DNA from: a virus
Virus record (IMG/VR): IMGVR_UViG_3300023184_009648
Coordinates: 22,321-86,320 of that record
DNA: 64,000 nt
Strand: one strand, 5' to 3'
The translations under genes were made by a program, and so were the position numbers. Of the stretch, positions 58,725-64,000 are shown in pieces. Numbering within the stretch: the first letter of the stretch is position 1; every line of letters begins with the position of its first letter. The notes below the pieces were generated by a model. The model was given only the letters and a program-made list of their open reading frames with translations, did no database searches and had not been told where the DNA came from.

Positions 58725-59252
58725 ATGGCTACATCTGCAGCTGATCTCAAACACTTAATTCTTAATGGTACAGTTACTACTAACAACCTTTCTTCTAATG
58801 TCATTCATTCATTGGTTGCGTCAGAAGACAAAACTTTAAAATTTACAAGCAGCACCATCGCTATGAGCGAAGCTGTTTGTGCTGAAAAAATTATGGTTCT
58901 TGATCGTGCCGCTGGCATGACAATTACCCTGCCTGCTTCTAGTGGCAAAGGTGCTAAGTATATTTTTGTTGTGAAGACTACCGTTACCAGCAATAATATT
59001 ATTATTAAGGCAGATAATACTAGCGATTCTTTTGTTGGCCGTGCAAATGCATCTTCTGATAATGCCACTACTACCAACAACTGTTGGAATATTACTTCTG
59101 GTGATGATACCATTACTTTAAATGGTAGCACCAAGGGTGGTTATGCCGGTGATCACATTGAAATTGTTGACCTTGGTGGCAACCTTTTCTTCGTTCAAGC
59201 TCACTTGAAACAAACCGCTACTGAAGCGACTCCTTTTAGCGCTACTGTTTAA
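58725..59252 (+). CDS. putative capsid decoration/virion protein
   Basis: ITLPA..G.G..Y.F and DTITLNG.TKGG motifs; AAGGAG RBS; ATAAATA upstream; own terminator. Confidence 0.55.
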   Translation: MATSAADLKHLILNGTVTTNNLSSNVIHSLVASEDKTLKFTSSTIAMSEAVCAEKIMVLDRAAGMTITLPASSGKGAKYIFVVKTTVTSNNIIIKADNTSDSFVGRANASSDNATTTNNCWNITSGDDTITLNGSTKGGYAGDHIEIVDLGGNLFFVQAHLKQTATEATPFSATV

Positions 59253-59287
59253 GTTTAAAAATTTCTTTTTAAAAAAAGAAATCCAAT

Positions 59288-59332
59288 TTTGGCGTCAGCG
59301 TTGTTCATTCAACGCTGACGCCAAAGCGTTTT
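59288..59332 (+). terminator. 16-bp stem intrinsic terminator
   Basis: TTTGGCGTCAGCGTTG-TTCATT-CAACGCTGACGCCAAA. Confidence 0.8.
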
Positions 59333-59411
59333 AATGCAAAATGGCATGGATTCTCTTTTAGTGACTTAAATCTTGTGATACAATCTCGGATTGTAATGAG
59401 CAGGAAGCCCG

Positions 59412-59810
59412 ATGAGAGCACAAATTATACATGTAACTGATCATGCCGTTCTCCGTTGGAAACAAAGAGTTTCTAATGGAGAGCAATTTACTGTTTATGA
59501 CATCATTGATTGCATTCGTGCCGCTCAAGTGATAAAAAAATCAGAAAATCTCCCTTTTAATACCGTTCGTCAACCTAACACTGTATACGCTCAGTTTCAA
59601 GAAGCACTTTTTATTTGTGAACCTATGGGCATTGATGAATATAAACTAATCACTGTTATTACTTATTCTGAAACATATACTGTTAAAATCAAAAAATTAC
59701 CAAAGTTTAAAAAGGTATTTGATGTAGATGAACTTGAAGAACAGCCCAAAAAGAAAATTAAAAGAAAGGCTCGAATTAAACGAGTTTATATTGAAGACGA
59801 GATTGATTAA
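59412..59810 (+). CDS. RelE/BECR-fold-like protein
   Basis: VTDHAVLRWKQR and LITVI motifs; TG-TACAAT upstream. Confidence 0.5.
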   Translation: MRAQIIHVTDHAVLRWKQRVSNGEQFTVYDIIDCIRAAQVIKKSENLPFNTVRQPNTVYAQFQEALFICEPMGIDEYKLITVITYSETYTVKIKKLPKFKKVFDVDELEEQPKKKIKRKARIKRVYIEDEID

Positions 59811-60409
59811 ATGCGTTTATTGATTTCTTCTTTAATCTGATCCTTGCGTTTCTTCCAATAAATAAGTGCAAGAGATTTGGCAGTAGATTCGTCAACAAGA
59901 TCGTCGTTTGTCCAAAGACCTTTTAAATTATCTTCGTAAACTTCAAGATTGTTTGGCAAAGCACGATAAACAACAATTTTTTCCAACTCTCCCATTTGAG
60001 CAGATTTTTTAGAAAAAAGTATTTGTCCCTTTTGATATTTTGATTCAGTTGGAAAACTATCTTCATGATAATTTTTACGCTCTGGAACAACTGTTTTAGG
60101 CTTAAATTCCATCATCACCAAAGCTTCATTTATTAAGTCGTTAGCTTCAGGTAATGTGCAAAGTTCCTTTTCATTAAAAAGTGAATTCAATATATCAACA
60201 TACATCACATTTGGTTGCCGATATGTATAACTGTTATTGCCAATCCAAACACGATCAATTTGAACTGGTTCGAGTTTACCCAATTCAGCTTGATGGCGAA
60301 TGTATGCAACAGAATGTCGTGCAAATTTATAGATAATCGGGATAAGCTCATGATATAAGCCCCAACTACCAGTTCTAATTTGACCGCCACCATAATAAGA
60401 ATACTTCAT
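59807..60409 (-). CDS. hypothetical protein with two SH3-like repeats
   Basis: YKFARHSVAY...GKLE and SKYQKGQILF...GELE. Confidence 0.55.
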   Translation of the reverse strand: MKYSYYGGGQIRTGSWGLYHELIPIIYKFARHSVAYIRHQAELGKLEPVQIDRVWIGNNSYTYRQPNVMYVDILNSLFNEKELCTLPEANDLINEALVMMEFKPKTVVPERKNYHEDSFPTESKYQKGQILFSKKSAQMGELEKIVVYRALPNNLEVYEDNLKGLWTNDDLVDESTAKSLALIYWKKRKDQIKEEINKRI

Positions 60410-60416
60410 ATTACGC

Positions 60417-60914
60417 TCACGCACTTAAAAGCTTAATCATTTCGTCAGCTTGACTATATTGTTGCAAAAGTAAATCATTACAACCAGTTGTCAAATCATA
60501 ATCGTACACCCACAAAGTTGTCAGACCATTGCTAATTTCAAATTTAATACGATCATCCAAATCATAGAAATAAGATTGAACGGTATAAGAAGAACAATCG
60601 GCTGTTGTGTAAACTTGATCTCCGGGAGCGTATGGTATTCTAACCTTAAGAAGTTGTAATATTTCGATATAAGCTGCACCTGAAACTTCAACGCTACCCG
60701 AAGAAACAACATTATATTCAGATGCAACTTCAGCAAAGCCATCAACAACAACGCCTTTGCTTGATTTAATGAGAATATTTTGAGCAGTGCCTTCAATAGT
60801 GACACCGCCAGAGCCAATTTGTTGGATCAGTTTACTGACAATTGCAGCACCATCAAGAACAGGCCCATTGACCTGCTGTGACAGATTTTGCATAATCCAT
60901 TGAATTAAAGGCAT
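60417..60914 (-). CDS. hypothetical, possibly structural protein
   Basis: SGGVTIEG-type repeats; GAGG RBS. Confidence 0.55.
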   Translation of the reverse strand: MPLIQWIMQNLSQQVNGPVLDGAAIVSKLIQQIGSGGVTIEGTAQNILIKSSKGVVVDGFAEVASEYNVVSSGSVEVSGAAYIEILQLLKVRIPYAPGDQVYTTADCSSYTVQSYFYDLDDRIKFEISNGLTTLWVYDYDLTTGCNDLLLQQYSQADEMIKLLSA

Positions 60915-60980
60915 AAATGTTCCTCTAATTTATATAGAAGACTGCACTCTTTTAAGGTAAGAGGTTTCAGAGGAACAAAT

Positions 60981-61787
60981 ATGAATTTGCTTAAAAAATG
61001 TCGATATGGCTTGATGATTTATAACAATAGTGATATTTGGGTTGGTCGAAGCTTGGAAAAATATGGTGAATTTAGCGAATCAGAAGTTCAAGTATTTCGT
61101 GATTTAATAAAACCCGGATATTCTGTGCTCGATATAGGAGCAAATATAGGATGTCACACCGTAGCTCTTTCTCGACTTGTAGGGCCAAATGGAACAGTTT
61201 TCGCATATGAACCTGAACGCAATAATTTCAATACACTCTGTGGCAATGTTTCAATCAATAATTTAAAAAATGTTTATTGTTTTCAAAAAGCAGTAGGATC
61301 AACTTCTGGCACAATTGCAGTTCCAGAATTAGATTTACAAAGAACTGTTAATTTTGGAGGTCTGTCTTTAGATCAAGATTATAGTTCTGGAGTTCACTAT
61401 CCTGTGCCTCTTATAACTCTTGATGAATGTAATTTTATTCGTTTAAATTTTATAAAAATTGACATTGAAGGGATGGAAAAACTTGCACTAGAAGGAGGCA
61501 AAGAAATAATTAAAAATCTTAAGCCTTTTCTATATGTTGAAAATGATCGTGAAGAAAAAGCCAAAGCACTAATTGATTATATTCATTCAATTGATTATGT
61601 CTGTTACAAACATCTTGCTCCGCTTTTCAATCCAAATAATTTTTTTGAAGAGCCTAATGATGTTTTTTACAACATGGTAGATGGAAAACCACTACAAATT
61701 GTATCAGGAAATTTATTTTGTCATCACAAAGACATCGAATGTCCAATTGACACAAATAAATTTGCAATGGAAAAGATCAACCCTTAA
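60981..61787 (+). CDS. FkbM-family SAM methyltransferase
   Basis: LDIGANIG, AYEP and IKIDIEGME motifs. Confidence 0.9.
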   Translation: MNLLKKCRYGLMIYNNSDIWVGRSLEKYGEFSESEVQVFRDLIKPGYSVLDIGANIGCHTVALSRLVGPNGTVFAYEPERNNFNTLCGNVSINNLKNVYCFQKAVGSTSGTIAVPELDLQRTVNFGGLSLDQDYSSGVHYPVPLITLDECNFIRLNFIKIDIEGMEKLALEGGKEIIKNLKPFLYVENDREEKAKALIDYIHSIDYVCYKHLAPLFNPNNFFEEPNDVFYNMVDGKPLQIVSGNLFCHHKDIECPIDTNKFAMEKINP

Positions 61788-63147
61788 AAGGAAGAACTTT
61801 TACCAATTCATCAATAGTCGTTTCCCATGATTTATTGTAACGAAAAAGAGTAATTGAATCATACCATGGCGATGTGTTGGAATTGTCCATCCATCGCCAA
61901 TCTGTTTCTGATCCCAATAAAACCCAAGTAGCTTTGCCCATAGCACCACATAGATGTGCCAAACCAGTATCAACCGTAATTACTAAGTCCATATTTTCAA
62001 TTTCTCTAGCCAAATCTGAAAAATCTTTTATTTTATCTGAAAGATCTACAAGTTTGAGTGATTTTCGTCCTTCATCCAAATCAACAGTGCCAGTTGACCA
62101 ATTTCGAATAGCATTTGAACTTTTATTAAGGCTATAACATTCGACCTTAGAATGATTTATCAATTTGCTAAAAAGTTTAACTGGAATAGAACGATTATAA
62201 TCAAATCTATGATCAGGATTACCACTCCAACATAAACCAACTTTTATTTTCTTTGACCGAACAGCTTTAGCTTTAGTTTTAATTGTGGCTTTGATATAAG
62301 GATCAGATTTTACATCATCGGCATTATAAATTTTAAGTACACGGGGTAGACTGCAAATAGAAATGGCATAATCAGATTTAGGAGCTTTTGGCCAATTGTT
62401 GCTATTTTCTCTTGAAATAACTTCAACATCTTTGAAATTTTCTTTTATCAAATTTACAAGAGGTTCTTGAACTTCAACAATTACTTTTCCACCTAAAGAT
62501 TGAACTTTTGGCAAAAAACGAGAAAACATAATAAAATCACCTAATCCTTGTTCACTATAAACAACAAGTGATTTTTTTTTGAATTTTCTTCCATCCCATT
62601 CTTCTTGAATAAATCTTTTCTTGAAATTACCAGTTAATTCTGCTGTTCTAAATCGCCATTCATAAAAATCCCACCCTTCTTCAAACTTAGCTTGACGAAG
62701 AAGCAAAAGACCAAGATTGAAAGCACTAAAATCATGATTTGAATTGAGTTGTCGAGCAGCACGATACATATTCTCAGCATCAAGTAATCTTCCAGCACCT
62801 GCCAAAACAACGCCAGCATTGTAATAAGGATCAAGTACTTCGCCACGAGAACATTCAATTGATTTATAAGCACATTTTATCGCCTTCTCTTTATCATCGA
62901 TAACACTATAAATATGTGTTAAATTACTCCAAATAAGCCAATTTCCACGATCAATATCAAGTGCATTATATAAACATTTTAATGCTTTTTCATAATTTTT
63001 AGCATATGTTGAATATGCAAGCCCAAGACTGTTAAGAGCTTGAACCGCTACGCTTTCGCAAGACCAAATATATTCATGATCTCGCCCATTTTTGTGCAGA
63101 TTTTCACCTTCTGAATGAAGGTTATACAGTAATTTATCTAAATTCAT
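61777..63147 (-). CDS. TPR-repeat protein with GT9-like domain (paralog of 15577)
   Basis: YEWR, EQGLGD, VGLCWSGNP, VDTGLAHLCGA and SPWY motifs. Confidence 0.88.
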   Translation of the reverse strand: MNLDKLLYNLHSEGENLHKNGRDHEYIWSCESVAVQALNSLGLAYSTYAKNYEKALKCLYNALDIDRGNWLIWSNLTHIYSVIDDKEKAIKCAYKSIECSRGEVLDPYYNAGVVLAGAGRLLDAENMYRAARQLNSNHDFSAFNLGLLLLRQAKFEEGWDFYEWRFRTAELTGNFKKRFIQEEWDGRKFKKKSLVVYSEQGLGDFIMFSRFLPKVQSLGGKVIVEVQEPLVNLIKENFKDVEVISRENSNNWPKAPKSDYAISICSLPRVLKIYNADDVKSDPYIKATIKTKAKAVRSKKIKVGLCWSGNPDHRFDYNRSIPVKLFSKLINHSKVECYSLNKSSNAIRNWSTGTVDLDEGRKSLKLVDLSDKIKDFSDLAREIENMDLVITVDTGLAHLCGAMGKATWVLLGSETDWRWMDNSNTSPWYDSITLFRYNKSWETTIDELVKVLPFKG

Positions 63148-63225
63148 TTTGCTACCTAGTAAAAAAGTCAAAGCTCGTCATAAATAAGTTATGTTTTTAA
63201 CAAATCTAATTTTAAGGGCTTAAAC

Positions 63226-63462
63226 ATGGGCGATTTATTTAGTACAAACCTAGACTTAACAATTTTAAGACATGAACATATGAAGTTAGTTGCTCAAGCT
63301 AATATACAAGCCAGAATGATCAGAATGATTGAATTGCAAGAAGAAATAGATAGATGCAAAGTAGATGTTGAAGCCCAAAACAAAGTAATTGCCGAAGCAG
63401 AAAAAAACATAACTATTCACAAAGAAGCTTTAGCTCAAAAAGCTGTTGCCCAAAAGGCATAA
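63226..63462 (+). CDS. small coiled-coil protein
   Basis: Heptad pattern; ATAAATA at 63180. Confidence 0.6.
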   Translation: MGDLFSTNLDLTILRHEHMKLVAQANIQARMIRMIELQEEIDRCKVDVEAQNKVIAEAEKNITIHKEALAQKAVAQKA

Positions 63463-63481
63463 AAAGGGGAGATATACTTAA

Positions 63482-64000
63482 ATGGCAGATATTCAAACGC
63501 AACTACCAGTAAAAATAACAGACAATACCTACACAGCAGCAATTACTGCTGCGTCAGCACTTAAAGTTGATAATTCAGGTGTTACGCAGCCGGTATCAGG
63601 CACCGTAACCGCTTCTCCAAATGGAACTTATACCGTCGCCGGTTCTGTAACGGCTACCCCAACCGGAACCTATACTGTTACCGGTGATATAACTACAACT
63701 CCCGGTGGAACTCAAACTGTTGATGGTACTGTTTCCATCGCAAATTTTCCAACCACTCAAACTATTGATGGCACCGTTACCGCTTCACCTACTGGCACTT
63801 ATACTGTTGCTGGTGGTGTTTCTGTAAGCAACTTCCCTGCCACTCAAACTATTGATGGTACTATTACAGCATCTCCTACTGGCACTTATACTGTTGCTGG
63901 TTCGGTTACTGCTACACCAACAGGCACACAAACTGTTGATGGTACTGTTACTGCTTCACCAACAGGCACTTATACTGTTGCTGGTTCAGTTACTGCTTCG
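63482..64000 (+). CDS. Thr-rich repetitive fibre/surface protein (5' part, truncated by window)
   Basis: MADIQTQLPVKI... followed by ~14-aa repeats GTVTASPTGTYTVA; open to the window end; GGGGAG RBS. Confidence 0.8.
   Translation, partial: MADIQTQLPVKITDNTYTAAITAASALKVDNSGVTQPVSGTVTASPNGTYTVAGSVTATPTGTYTVTGDITTTPGGTQTVDGTVSIANFPTTQTIDGTVTASPTGTYTVAGGVSVSNFPATQTIDGTITASPTGTYTVAGSVTATPTGTQTVDGTVTASPTGTYTVAGSVTAS

Noticed and set aside
1-64000. Stop-codon reassignment (TAG or TGA), as in some huge phages
   Set aside because: Conserved genes (sheath, RNR, PyrG, SbcCD, helicase) are intact in code 11, and TAG/TGA end genes at the expected positions

Overview
A gene-dense, AT-rich 64-kb segment of a large T4-like (jumbo/huge) myophage using genetic code 11. 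It contains neck and tail genes (gp13-, gp14-, gp15-, gp18-, two gp19-, gp26/gp51-like), a gp55-like late sigma factor, gp46/gp47 (SbcCD), a Dda/RecD-like helicase, a resolvase, Prim-Pol, NrdAB, CTP synthase and a Dam-type methylase fragment. Accessory genes include glycosyl- and methyltransferases, proteases, an AAA+/vWA pair, a COOH-NH2 ligase and a GATase. No tRNA, rRNA, CRISPR array or IS element was recognised. The most notable signals are: (1) about 16 unrelated proteins that share a T4 internal-protein-like capsid-targeting N-terminus, including an ECF-sigma-like protein and an HExxH peptidase; (2) a phage operon encoding a MotA/ExbB + MotB/ExbD-like ion-motor pair with an atypical periplasmic domain, a third membrane protein and an McsA homolog; (3) an unannotated -1 frameshift cassette joining the gp26-like and gp51-like ORFs; (4) a GATase apparently starting at an ATT codon; (5) TA(A/T)ATA late promoters placed for leaderless translation. 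All family calls come from motif recognition by eye, without database searches.
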